Shown one piece after another: positions 35,028-46,134 of a stretch of DNA of 64,000 nucleotides. Source of the DNA: Bacillota bacterium (GTDB lineage Bacteria; Bacillota; Clostridia; Oscillospirales; Oscillospiraceae). Location of the stretch: positions 18,502 through 82,501 of the forward strand of contig JAJUHD010000001.1 of the NCBI GenBank assembly GCA_029268085.1. The letters run 5' to 3'. Each line of letters opens with the position of its first letter. The stretch's first letter is position 1. A model generated the notes under the pieces. That model had not been told where the DNA came from. It saw only the letters and a program-made list of their open reading frames with translations, and made no database searches. The position numbers and the translations under genes were made by a program.

Positions 35028-36134
35028 TCATTTTTTCTTTTTCCTGAAGAAACCCTTTTCCTCAAGCCCGGCAAATTCCATAAGCAGCTCCTTTTGCTCC
35101 TTCGTCAGGTTGCGCGGCGTTTCCACGACCACGGTTACGAACTGGTCCCCGCGCCCCAATCCGCCGAGGTTCGGTATGCCCTTGCCTTTTAGACGGAAGA
35201 CCGTGCCGGTCTGCGTGCCCTCCGGGATGGAGTATTTAACCTTTCCGTCGAGCGTCGGAACCTCAAGCTCGGCGCCGAGCGCGGCCTGGACAAAGCTTAT
35301 CGGTATCTCGCAGAGGACGCTTGTGCCGTCGCGCTCAAAAAGCGCGTGGGCTCTTATATTTACAGATATCAGAAGATCGCCCGGAGGCCCCCCGTTGAAG
35401 CCCGCGTGGCCCTGGCCGCGCATCGATACGGCCTGTCCGTTGTCTATGCCCGCCGGAATTTTCACCTTCACGGTTTTCTGCCGCCTGACCTTTCCCTTTC
35501 CTTTGCAGGTTTTGCAGGGCTGATGAATTATCTTGCCGGTGCCGCCGCATCTCTGGCAGGGGGCGGATGAGGATATCATTCCGAGCACGGTTCTCTGCTG
35601 AGTGCGCACCGTGCCGGTGCCGTTGCATTGAGAGCACACCTCGGGAGTGGTGCCCGGTTCGGCGCCCGTCGCCCCGCAATCCGGGCAGTCCTCGATCCTG
35701 CCTATTTGGATATCCTTTTCGCAGCCGAAAGCGGCTTCCTCGAAAGACAGCGTTACGCTGACCCGGATGTTCTCGCCCTTTTGGGGCGCGGTCCTGCTTC
35801 TGCCTCCGCCGGCGCTGCCGAAAATCGACTCAAATATGCTGCCGAAATCGAAGCCCATATCGCCGAAGTCCCCGAAGCCCGAACCGGCGCCGAAGTTGGG
35901 ATCGACTCCCGCGTGCCCGTACTGGTCGTAGCGGGCCTTCTTTTCCTTGTCGGAAAGCACTTCGTAGGCCTCGTTTATCTCCTTGAAGCGCGCTTCAGCG
36001 CCCTTGTCGTTGGGGTGCAGGTCGGGGTGGTTTTCCTTGGCGAGCTTCCGGAAAGACTTTTTTATTTCCTCGTCGGAAGCGTTTCTGCTTAGCCCTAGCA
36101 CCTCATAATAATCTCTCTTATTCTGGTCTGCCAT
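35028..36134 (-). CDS. dnaJ: Chaperone DnaJ
   Basis: J-domain DYYEVLG...HPD, a G/F region and four CxxCxGxG zinc-finger repeats. Confidence 0.95.
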   Translation of the reverse strand: MADQNKRDYYEVLGLSRNASDEEIKKSFRKLAKENHPDLHPNDKGAEARFKEINEAYEVLSDKEKKARYDQYGHAGVDPNFGAGSGFGDFGDMGFDFGSIFESIFGSAGGGRSRTAPQKGENIRVSVTLSFEEAAFGCEKDIQIGRIEDCPDCGATGAEPGTTPEVCSQCNGTGTVRTQQRTVLGMISSSAPCQRCGGTGKIIHQPCKTCKGKGKVRRQKTVKVKIPAGIDNGQAVSMRGQGHAGFNGGPPGDLLISVNIRAHALFERDGTSVLCEIPISFVQAALGAELEVPTLDGKVKYSIPEGTQTGTVFRLKGKGIPNLGGLGRGDQFVTVVVETPRNLTKEQKELLMEFAGLEEKGFFRKKKK

Positions 36135-36280
36135 CGATATGTCTCCTCAATGCCGCATTTTTCCCGCACAATAAGGTCAGGTATGGATGAAAGCCTTGAT
36201 AACGCAGCCGCGTTGAATGATAATAATTATAAAGAAATGCAAACATGTAAAGTACCGAAATGCCTTTTACAAAACGAGGT

Positions 36281-36305
36281 TTTGCGGGCGATTTCCGCCC
36301 GCAAA
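36281..36305 (-). terminator. Hairpin between dnaK and dnaJ (internal attenuator/processing candidate)
   Basis: A 10-bp stem TTTGCGGGCG / CGCCCGCAAA, followed on the minus strand by ACCTCGTTTTG. Confidence 0.45.
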
Positions 36306-36341
36306 GCCCTGCTTCACGCGCCCGCGCCGGAATACGCGGGA

Positions 36342-38186
<1,845 letters not shown>

Positions 38187-38243
38187 TTATTTTATCCTCC
38201 AATTACAGTGAATGTGTTATTCCATATGTTGAAGCATGTTGTT

Positions 38244-38792
38244 TCAGTTTGCGACCTTGACCATAGAGAAGCGGATGACCTTTTCGCCCACCGTAAATCC
38301 CGCCTGGAATTCCTCAACTATGACCGATTCGCCCAGGGAGTCGTCCTCGACGTGGACAACGGCGTTGTGAAGCGAGGGGTCGAACTTTTCGCCCACAGCG
38401 GGGATCTTTTTGATGCCGAGCTTATCAAAAGCCTCCACAACCTGGTTCATTATCATTTCCACGCCCTTGTGGAAAGCCTCGTCCGCGCAGGGGATGGCCA
38501 GCGCGCGGCACAAATTATCGTATATCGGCAGAATTTTTGTAATGGTGTCGGCCTTTACTTCCGAGAAAATGGCCTCCCGCTCCTTCTGGCTCCTTTTGCG
38601 GTAATTGTCGTATTCAGCGGCCAGCCGCAGATAGCGCTCCTTCTCGGCGGCCAGCTCTGCCCTCAGGGCGTCGGCGGGGTCCGGCTGCATTTCGAATTCG
38701 GGGGTTTGGGCGTCTCCCTCGGGCTTCGCCGCGTCCTTGACCTCGTCCCTGCCGGCTTCCTCGTTAAATTCCGGTTCTTTCTTTTTCGACAT
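38244..38792 (-). CDS. grpE: Nucleotide exchange factor GrpE
   Basis: 182 aa. RLAAEYDNYRKR and the C-terminal GFTVGEKVIRFSMVKV are present. It sits between hrcA and dnaK. Confidence 0.95.
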   Translation of the reverse strand: MSKKKEPEFNEEAGRDEVKDAAKPEGDAQTPEFEMQPDPADALRAELAAEKERYLRLAAEYDNYRKRSQKEREAIFSEVKADTITKILPIYDNLCRALAIPCADEAFHKGVEMIMNQVVEAFDKLGIKKIPAVGEKFDPSLHNAVVHVEDDSLGESVIVEEFQAGFTVGEKVIRFSMVKVAN

Positions 38793-38812
38793 GGGTTTCT
38801 GCTCCTTATCAG

Positions 38813-39877
38813 TTATTCATCCGCGGGCTTCTCGCTGCCGAGAACCGGCAAGTTGCTTTCCTTGCCGTCTACAAGCGACTTCATGCCCTTGGCTATATAG
38901 GAAAGGCTGGCCGCCACCTTGGCATAGTCCATACGGGTAGGACCCACGACGCCTAAAAGCCCCTCCACGCCGTCTCCGAGCTCGTACTTTGCGACCACGA
39001 CGCTGGAGTCCTTAAGTTCCTCGACCACATTTTCCGAGCCTATGAGTATTTTCACGTCCGAATTGTCCTCGGGGACCGGCAGACGAAAAACATTTTCGCT
39101 CTCGGACAGGTAGTTCATAAGCTTGTGCGCCTTTTCCCAGTCGCGGTATTCCGGGTGCTCGAGTATATGCGAAGCGCCGGCGACAAACGCCTTCTTGTTC
39201 TCCGTTTCGCTCAGCGCGCGTATGGCAAAGCTGGCAATCGACGCCGATATTCCGTATATGTCGCCCGTCGCCCTCTCCACTGAGGAAATAAGGGTTCCGT
39301 CCATCTCGCTCTCCGGGCAGTTTGTAAAGTTCGCGTTGAAAACGGCCCCAAGCTTCAAAAGAAAGCCCTCATCAAGCGGCCTGGTGAGGTTCATAAGCCG
39401 GTTTTTCACAGTGTTGTTCGACAGCATCAGCACGACTATGAGAGTCCTCGGATCGACCTGTATGAAATCAAAGCGCCTTACGGTTACGGGGGTGCTTACC
39501 GCCGCAAGCGCGTAAGCGGGGTAATTCGTAAGCTCGGACACGAGCTTTCCGGCCTCCGAAAGAGCCTTGTCGAGCTGCTCCATCCTCACCTTGAGCGATT
39601 TGTTTATTTCTTCGGTTTCGGATATCGTAAGCATATGGCTCTTCATAAGCTCGTTCACATAAACGCGGTAGCCGAGGGATGTGGGGATGCGCCCGGCCGA
39701 GGTGTGGGGCTGCTCCAGAAGCCCGAGGCTCGTCAGCTCCGCCATTTCGTTTCTGATGGTGGCGGAGGAAAGCCCCAGCCCCTCGCTTATGGCGCGGGAG
39801 CCGACGGGCTCCGCCGTTTCTATATAATTTTCGATTATCGATTTAAGTATCTGCTTTTTTCGCTCGCTTATATTCAT
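38813..39877 (-). CDS. hrcA: Heat-inducible transcription repressor HrcA
   Basis: The start is taken at MNISERKKQILKSIIENYIETAEPVGSR (ATG 39877). The ORF-track start 39946 would run through the CIRCE operator. Confidence 0.93.
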   Translation of the reverse strand: MNISERKKQILKSIIENYIETAEPVGSRAISEGLGLSSATIRNEMAELTSLGLLEQPHTSAGRIPTSLGYRVYVNELMKSHMLTISETEEINKSLKVRMEQLDKALSEAGKLVSELTNYPAYALAAVSTPVTVRRFDFIQVDPRTLIVVLMLSNNTVKNRLMNLTRPLDEGFLLKLGAVFNANFTNCPESEMDGTLISSVERATGDIYGISASIASFAIRALSETENKKAFVAGASHILEHPEYRDWEKAHKLMNYLSESENVFRLPVPEDNSDVKILIGSENVVEELKDSSVVVAKYELGDGVEGLLGVVGPTRMDYAKVAASLSYIAKGMKSLVDGKESNLPVLGSEKPADE

Positions 39878-39915
39878 GGCATCACCGCCTCTTGGCACTC
39901 GTGTTATATGCGCTG

Positions 39916-39942
39916 CTAGCACTCGAGCTTCGAGAGTGCTAA
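39916..39942 (-). promoter_or_regulatory. CIRCE operator (HrcA binding site)
   Basis: On the minus strand the sequence is TTAGCACTC-N9-GAGTGCTAG, one mismatch from the consensus TTAGCACTC-N9-GAGTGCTAA. It lies between the promoter and the hrcA start. Confidence 0.9.
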
Positions 39943-39946
39943 ACAT

Positions 39947-39975
39947 AATTTAGCATCGCTTACGCGTATTGTCAA
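39947..39975 (-). promoter_or_regulatory. Sigma-A promoter of the hrcA-grpE-dnaK-dnaJ operon
   Basis: On the minus strand: TTGACA (39970-39975), a 17-nt spacer, then TAAATT (39947-39952), directly abutting CIRCE. Confidence 0.7.
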
Positions 39976-40205
39976 GAGAAAGGCTATGAATTTATTGTAA
40001 ACACAAGCGCTTTTTAGCAAATATTAGCACCGGGGCTCCGCAGGTTCCGAAGGCGGTCGGGAAAAGTATTACAGTTGAATTACAGTTTCGCCCGAGATGT
40101 TGACATTATTAAGACATGAAGATATGCTTTAGCTACCAGAAAGCATTTCCTTATATTCTTTTCAAAGGAAAGCTCCGGCAAGTTGCTTTTTTGAGGAGAA
40201 GCGGT

Positions 40206-41147
40206 ATGAAACCTTTATGCAGAATTACAGCGCTGGTCATTTCCGTCGTGTTGTGGCTCAACGTGCTTGCCTTCGGCGCCGGCGCCGCGGTCTTTTCGGA
40301 CGAAGATTCCGTAACCTATAAAAACGCCGTCCAGATGCTGTACAGGCTACATATCATCGACGGCGAAAAAAACGAGGACGGCAGCTACAAATTCAGGCCC
40401 ACGGACAACATTACCCGTGCGGAGTTTGTGAAGCTTGTCTGCGTGCTCTTAAACGGAGGACAGAAGATATACCTCGGCGAAACGCAGGACTCCATTTTCA
40501 AAGACGTCAAGGGCCACTGGGCGACGAAGTACATAGAGTTCTTAAGCAGCCTCGGGTACATTAACGGCTACGGCGACGGCAGCTTCGGTCCGGACAATAC
40601 GATAACAGGTCAGCAGGCCGCCAAAATACTTCTTGCCGTCATCGGATACAAGCCGAGCAAGGAAGGGCTGACCGGCGAGAGGTGGGCGATAAGGACCGAT
40701 TTAATAGCCAACATGAGGGGCTTTTACAAGGGGCTGCTCAGCAGCTTTCTCACGACCGACCCTCTTACCAGGGAGCAGGCCGCGCATATTGTCTGGAACG
40801 CCATGAACGTGAACATGGTCACCTACGAAAAGGACGAGCGTCTGGTGATGCAGGACAGGAATCTTCTTACTTTCTGCTATAACGTAAAGTATGTGGACGG
40901 TTACATATGCGCGAACGAGGCCGGCTACATCTTCCAGAGCCCGAGAAATCCGGAGGCGCCAGCGCCCGGGGAGTTCAAAACCCCTGCCGGCAAAACCTAT
41001 ATCAGGGCTTGGGACAACACGAACCATCTTGTGGAGTTTTCGTCGGACGCGGAGATGCTGGGGAAAAAGGTAAGGGTAGTTTACTTTTCGGAGAACAGGG
41101 ACGGGCAGACGGTAAATTCCTTACTCTCAATCGAGGAGACGCTTTAG
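40206..41147 (+). CDS. Cell-surface protein with three N-terminal SLH domains
   Basis: The start is taken at MKPLCRITALVISVVL (ATG 40206) behind GAGGAGAAG. A signal peptide is followed by SLH modules FSDEDSVTYKNAVQMLYRLHIIDG, FKDVKGHWATKYIEFLSSLGYINGYGDGSFGP and a third degenerate module. Confidence 0.8.
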   Translation: MKPLCRITALVISVVLWLNVLAFGAGAAVFSDEDSVTYKNAVQMLYRLHIIDGEKNEDGSYKFRPTDNITRAEFVKLVCVLLNGGQKIYLGETQDSIFKDVKGHWATKYIEFLSSLGYINGYGDGSFGPDNTITGQQAAKILLAVIGYKPSKEGLTGERWAIRTDLIANMRGFYKGLLSSFLTTDPLTREQAAHIVWNAMNVNMVTYEKDERLVMQDRNLLTFCYNVKYVDGYICANEAGYIFQSPRNPEAPAPGEFKTPAGKTYIRAWDNTNHLVEFSSDAEMLGKKVRVVYFSENRDGQTVNSLLSIEETL

Positions 41148-41313
41148 CATATTCACGCCGCAAATGATAAAGCTGCGGCATAAACGACGCCCGGATATTT
41201 AATAATATTGCGCTGACAAACATAGGGAGAACGGGGCGCGAAGCGAGAAATCTGAGGAATATTAAGGAAAATGCACCCTTATGTTACAATTCCGTTACAA
41301 ATGGCAAAACGTA

Positions 41314-41342
41314 TTGACTATGCACCTTTGGTATTGTATATT
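41314..41342 (+). promoter_or_regulatory. Sigma-A promoter of the S-layer gene
   Basis: TTGACT (41314-41319), a 17-nt spacer, then TATATT (41337-41342). A strong AAGGAGG RBS lies 7 nt from ATG 41398. Confidence 0.55.
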
Positions 41343-41397
41343 TGGTGTTGTTAAAGGCTGTTTTTATGCCTACATATAATTTTAAGGAGGTCAACTA

Positions 41398-44349
41398 ATG
41401 AAGAACCTGAAAAGGATGCTTACATTGGTGCTTACGCTGGCTCTCGTATTCAGCCTGTTTGCCATCAATGCGAGCGCGGCCAGTTTCTCCGACAACAGCA
41501 CGATCGTAAACAAAGAAGCTGTTTCGGTTATGACTGAGCTGAACATCATCAAGGGCTACGAAGACGGTAGCTTCAAGCCCACCCAAGTCGTGACCCGTGC
41601 CGAAATGTGCAAGATGCTCTGCGTCGCACTCAACGGCGGCAATGACCCTGTACTTGGCTCCGACGCTCTCTCGATTTTCAGCGACACCAAGGGACACTGG
41701 GGCAACGCCTACATCGCATACTGCTTCAACTTGGGGCTCGTAAACGGTGACTCCGGCAAGGGCGGCACCTTCCGTCCCGACGCCACTGTAACCGGAACAG
41801 AGGCTGCTAAGATGATGCTCGTCGCTATGGGCTACAAGTCAGAGTTCGCCGGCTTCACCGGAGCCGACTGGGCGATGAACGTAACAGTAGCGGCAAACCA
41901 GAAGGGACTCTTCGACAAGATCAGCGGCCTGAACCTCTCGACGGGACTTTCCCGCGACAACGCGGCTCAGCTGATTTACAACGGCATCAATGCTGACAAG
42001 GTTACATATGACTATGTCCTCAGCACCAACGCCTCCGGAGAGCTCGTTTCGACCGCAAGGATCAAGGACATCTCCCCGGCCGAGACCATTCTCAGCAAGA
42101 ACTACGGCGCCACCAAGATAACCGGCGTTGTTAAGTCCAACGAGAACGGCTTCGTCGTAGGCGCAAAGCAGGACGAGGGCTACACCTGGATCGACCGTGA
42201 CGCCGACAACACCGTTGACGACGGCGAGACCTTCAAGGTCACCACCAGCGCCGACCTGCTCGGCCAGAAGGTAAACTTCTATGTAAAGGCCAACGCCAAT
42301 CCTTCCAAGGAGTGGACCGTGTTCGGCACTCCGATAGCTTCCTCCGACAACAAGATCGTCACCTTCACGGGCAGCAAGGCTCCCACGCAGTCCGAGGCCC
42401 AGTTCGACGACTACATGAAGGCCCAGGGCATTTCGGCCTACGCGGCCACCGTATTTGAAAACTACGGCGGCAACGCCAACTCAGTCGTGGCCGGCGGCAC
42501 CGTAACAACTCTTGCCGGCGCTTTCGCGATCCGCAGCAACGTGAACGGCATAGTAGTTAAGTTCATCGACAACAACGCCGACAAGACCGCGGACTACGTC
42601 TCGATAGTCAAGCCGGCCGCCGGTAAGGTAGTCACCTACAGCACCGCGGGCGAAGGCTACATCAGCGTAAGCGCTCTCACCGGCACCAACGCCAACGTTC
42701 CCGCCATCGCAGGCGAGAAGTTTGCGAACGTTATCGGCGCAGACAAGATAGCTAAGGACGACTACGTCACCTACTACAAGATGGGCACCAAGTGGATCGT
42801 GACGAAGTGCAATTCCGTTACGGCCAACATAACCGCCACGGAGTCCCCGAACGCTCTTGCCGGAACCACCACCTACAAAGGCTCCAACCTCGTAACCAGA
42901 TATGAGGAAAGCAACACCGCTACGACTCTTGCCGCAGCCGTCAACCTCGGAAAAGACTGCGTCATGTACACCGACCCCAACGGCTATGTCGTATTCGCCA
43001 AGCCCGCTGCTGCGGACAACAAGTATCTCGTAGTCATCTCCAGTAACGACACCCCGGTGATAAACATGGACGTCACCCAGCTCCGCGCGAAGGTCCTGTT
43101 TGAGAGCGGCAGCATCGAAATGATCACCGTTTCCAAGCTTGCAGGAACCCTTGTGAGCGGCAACTCCACCGGAGCCGAGCTTGACGAAGTATCGGCAGCC
43201 AACACCGGACGCATCTACACCTACAAGCTCCTGAGCGACGGCACCTATGACCTGACCGCCCAGGCCGCTGCGGACACCAAGTATCTCACCGGATTCAAGA
43301 CCAACAATCCTGTTCTCACCACCGCTGCTGGAACTTCAAGCGCAGACTCCAAGACCCTGTTCGTAGTCGCGAACGCTGCTAAGACCAGCGCGACCGCCTA
43401 CACCGGAATAGAGAACGCGCCCGAGGTTACCGGCCTCAACACCGCGACCACAGTCGGTATCGCCCTCAACAACTCCACCTCTGGCGTTGCCAAGGTAGTC
43501 TTCGCGATAGGCGGAACCGGCGCGACCTCGGCTAAGTACCTCTTCGTTCTTTCGAAGACACCGACAGTCACCCTCGACAGCAACGGCGCCAACGTCTACA
43601 CCTATAAGACCCTTGTAAACGGCGTCGCAACCGACCTCGTAGTAGAGGGTGCGGCAGCTGCCGGCGCATTTGAGAGCGCTGGACTCTATCGCATCGACAA
43701 CGCCGGCGCGGCCATTGCGATCAGCGCAAGCAACAAGATGACCGTAAACGCGATGCTCAACAACTACGTCACAGCAGCCGACACCTTGGCCTGCGCGAAC
43801 AACGTCGTCAAGGGCCTGGTAGTCAACCCCGACGGCACCACGCAGATTTCGCCGCTCACCTACAATGACAGCACCAAGGTCTATGTCATCGACGGAAAGA
43901 CCGTTACCGAGAGCAGCATCGGCGAGGTCGCCGTAACGGGCAGCGCGGCAAGCACCAGCAACATCATAATAACCAGAGCTTCCAACACCGTCACCGAGGC
44001 CAACTACAACGTAGCCGGCATCGTCTACATCGTGAAGGGCAACTATGCTGCTCCGGCGACTATGACAATGACCTTGGCCGGAACCACTAATGCCGGTGCG
44101 TACAACATGCTCAACGCCGCAATCAGCACAGATACCGGCGCAACCGCGGGTGACACCATCACGCTCAACGCCACGATCGCCAGCGGCACGATAATCTACG
44201 GTGCGGCGGCGGTAACCGGCGGCGGCGCGTTTGCCGACCCGACATTCACCATAACCGGCGCCGGCATCTACAGGCTCACCTACCGCATAACCGACACATC
44301 CACGGGCATCTCGTCCACCTACAATTACTTTGTGAACCTGGCTGTCTAA
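41398..44349 (+). CDS. Major S-layer protein candidate (signal peptide, three SLH domains, ~780-aa T/A/N/G/V-rich body)
   Basis: Signal peptide ...AINASA. SLH modules are FSDNSTIVNKEAVSVMTELNIIKGYEDGSFKP and FSDTKGHWGNAYIAYCFNLGLVNGD, plus a third. The body has low Cys/charge and is beta-rich. It has a consensus RBS, a strong terminator and codon bias typical of highly expressed genes. Confidence 0.85.
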   Translation: MKNLKRMLTLVLTLALVFSLFAINASAASFSDNSTIVNKEAVSVMTELNIIKGYEDGSFKPTQVVTRAEMCKMLCVALNGGNDPVLGSDALSIFSDTKGHWGNAYIAYCFNLGLVNGDSGKGGTFRPDATVTGTEAAKMMLVAMGYKSEFAGFTGADWAMNVTVAANQKGLFDKISGLNLSTGLSRDNAAQLIYNGINADKVTYDYVLSTNASGELVSTARIKDISPAETILSKNYGATKITGVVKSNENGFVVGAKQDEGYTWIDRDADNTVDDGETFKVTTSADLLGQKVNFYVKANANPSKEWTVFGTPIASSDNKIVTFTGSKAPTQSEAQFDDYMKAQGISAYAATVFENYGGNANSVVAGGTVTTLAGAFAIRSNVNGIVVKFIDNNADKTADYVSIVKPAAGKVVTYSTAGEGYISVSALTGTNANVPAIAGEKFANVIGADKIAKDDYVTYYKMGTKWIVTKCNSVTANITATESPNALAGTTTYKGSNLVTRYEESNTATTLAAAVNLGKDCVMYTDPNGYVVFAKPAAADNKYLVVISSNDTPVINMDVTQLRAKVLFESGSIEMITVSKLAGTLVSGNSTGAELDEVSAANTGRIYTYKLLSDGTYDLTAQAAADTKYLTGFKTNNPVLTTAAGTSSADSKTLFVVANAAKTSATAYTGIENAPEVTGLNTATTVGIALNNSTSGVAKVVFAIGGTGATSAKYLFVLSKTPTVTLDSNGANVYTYKTLVNGVATDLVVEGAAAAGAFESAGLYRIDNAGAAIAISASNKMTVNAMLNNYVTAADTLACANNVVKGLVVNPDGTTQISPLTYNDSTKVYVIDGKTVTESSIGEVAVTGSAASTSNIIITRASNTVTEANYNVAGIVYIVKGNYAAPATMTMTLAGTTNAGAYNMLNAAISTDTGATAGDTITLNATIASGTIIYGAAAVTGGGAFADPTFTITGAGIYRLTYRITDTSTGISSTYNYFVNLAV

Positions 44350-44384
44350 TTAGCCGGTTGACTCAGTAAGACCAAAAGCGCATC

Positions 44385-44412
44385 GAACCCCGGGGCTTCT
44401 GCCCCGGGGTTC
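44385..44412 (+). terminator. S-layer gene terminator hairpin (left copy of a duplicated hairpin)
   Basis: A 12-bp perfect stem GAACCCCGGGGC / GCCCCGGGGTTC with loop TTCT. A diverged second copy lies at ~44607-44634, followed by the U-tract TTCTTTAATTT. Confidence 0.8.
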
Positions 44413-44413
44413 T

Positions 44414-44604
44414 CAGCTTGTCAAAGGACTTGTTTGCAGCAAAAAAGCTTCGCAGAATTTCCGCCGCAAATGGCGGAAAAAAGTCAAATCTGTCATTCCG
44501 GCGGCGTGTACGTCTGAAATGACACCTCTCATGACGGGCGCGGCAGAGCGTCCGTCATTAAACTCCCTTGTCAAAAAAGCCCATTGGGATTTTTTGACAG
44601 TCTG
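44414..44604 (+). mobile_element. Copy 1 of a ~193-nt hairpin-rich MITE-like repeat
   Basis: Starts CAGCTTGTCAAA and ends TTTGACAGTCTG (imperfect terminal inverted repeats). It is collinear with 52594-52786 and with the reverse complement of 58452-58644. It carries a 1-nt deletion and a stem mismatch relative to the other copies. Confidence 0.8.
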
Positions 44605-44720
44605 CAAACTTCGGGGCTTCTGCCCCTGGGTTCTTTAATTTGCGCCGAGTTTACAATTGCCGAAGCAGCAAGTGCCCAAGGGCTTGTGCGCCTTTGTTTG
44701 GGAGCCGGCAAAATATTGCC

Positions 44721-44749
44721 TTGAAATCGCGGCGGAGATACATTAAACT
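44721..44749 (+). promoter_or_regulatory. Sigma-A promoter candidate for the ogt-alkA fusion gene
   Basis: TTGAAA (44721-44726), a 17-nt spacer, then TAAACT (44744-44749). Confidence 0.45.
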
Positions 44750-44782
44750 GTAACCGTAGCGATTTGAGAGGGAGGCGGGGGA

Positions 44783-45850
44783 GTGCTTTTTTCGTGGGTA
44801 TACGACACCGCATTCGGCAAAATATGCATAAGCGCTGACGAGCATTCCGTAAAAGCCGTTTGCTTCGGCGAAACGCTCCGCGGCGCTGAGAGGGAGACGG
44901 AGCTTATAAAACGAGCGCACAGGGAGCTTTGCGAGTATTTTGACGGCAGGAGAAGAAGCTTTGAAATTCCCTTGTCGCCGGAGGGCACGGCGTTCCAAAA
45001 GGAGGTCTGGGGGGTGCTTTGCAAAATACCCTTCGGCGAGACGCGATCATACGGCGAAATCGCGCAGGCGGCGGGCAGGCCCCTGGCGGCGAGGGCGGCG
45101 GGGAACGCCTGCAACAGGAATCCGATAGCCGTAATTATACCCTGCCACAGGGTTATCGGGAAAAGCGGCGGGCTTGCAGGCTACGCCGCGGGACCCGGCA
45201 TAAAGAAAGCCCTGCTTGATCTGGAGAGCCGCTCCGCGCGCAGATACCAATACGGAGAGCGCGAGCTCGGATACCTGAAATCGCGGGACGAAAGGATGCG
45301 CCTGCTTATAGAGAGGGTCGGTTTTCCCAAATACGAGGTCATTCCTGACCTTTTCGCGGCGCTTGCCTACAATATAGTCGGTCAGCAGGTCTCTGCGAAA
45401 GCCGCCGAGACGGTATGGCGCCGGCTGAACGAAAAATTTGGAGAGCTTACGCCGGAAAAAGTGCTTTCCATGCCCGCCGAGGAGCTGCAGGGCGCGGGGA
45501 TATCCATGAGGAAGGCCTCGTATATACGCGACGCGGCTCTGAAGATAAAAAACGGCGAACTGGACGCCGCGGCGCTGAAAGGCATGCCGGACGAGGAGGT
45601 ATGCGAGAGGCTTTTCGGTCTTCGCGGCGTGGGCAGGTGGACCGCCGAAATGCTTATGATATTCTCGATGGAGCGTCCCGACATACTGAGCTATGACGAT
45701 CTCGGAATCCGAAGGGCGATAATGAGGCTTTACGGCCTTGAAAAGCTCGGCAGGGAGGATTTTGAAAAATACCGCCGCCTGTTCAGTCCTTACGGAACCA
45801 TCGCATCATTTTACCTCTGGGCGCTGAATGACATGAAGGAAGGTTTTTGA
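44783..45850 (+). CDS. Fusion protein: O6-alkylguanine-DNA methyltransferase (Ogt/MGMT) plus DNA-3-methyladenine glycosylase II (AlkA, HhH-GPD)
   Basis: GTG start behind GAGGGAGG. IIPCHRVIG is the MGMT active-site PCHR motif. LRGVGRWTAEMLMIF...YDDLGIRRA is the HhH-GPD motif with the catalytic Asp. Confidence 0.85.
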   Translation: MLFSWVYDTAFGKICISADEHSVKAVCFGETLRGAERETELIKRAHRELCEYFDGRRRSFEIPLSPEGTAFQKEVWGVLCKIPFGETRSYGEIAQAAGRPLAARAAGNACNRNPIAVIIPCHRVIGKSGGLAGYAAGPGIKKALLDLESRSARRYQYGERELGYLKSRDERMRLLIERVGFPKYEVIPDLFAALAYNIVGQQVSAKAAETVWRRLNEKFGELTPEKVLSMPAEELQGAGISMRKASYIRDAALKIKNGELDAAALKGMPDEEVCERLFGLRGVGRWTAEMLMIFSMERPDILSYDDLGIRRAIMRLYGLEKLGREDFEKYRRLFSPYGTIASFYLWALNDMKEGF

Positions 45851-46131
45851 ATTTGGGTCAGTTTTTCGAAATGCTAATGGTGCTCTGCTTCGGCGTGTCA
45901 TGGCCGTTTTCGGTCGCAAAATCCTACCGATCGAGGACGGCGAAGGGCAAGAGCCTGTTTTTCATCTCGCTTATATGGATAGGCTATGTCTGCGGGGTAG
46001 CGGGAAAGATAATAACGCGGAACATCACCTATGTGTTCGTGTTCTATGTAATCAATCTTCTAATGGTTTCCTGCGACATCGCCCTGTACTTTCGAAACAG
46101 AAGGCTGGATAAAGAGAGAATCGAGGCTTAG
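45847..46131 (+). CDS. Small three-TM membrane protein (PQ-loop/SemiSWEET-like, tentative)
   Basis: 94 aa with three hydrophobic helices and a basic loop SVAKSYRSRTAKGKS after TM1. The TTG start overlaps the upstream TGA; the start is uncertain. Confidence 0.45.
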   Translation: MNLGQFFEMLMVLCFGVSWPFSVAKSYRSRTAKGKSLFFISLIWIGYVCGVAGKIITRNITYVFVFYVINLLMVSCDIALYFRNRRLDKERIEA

Positions 46132-46134
46132 GAT

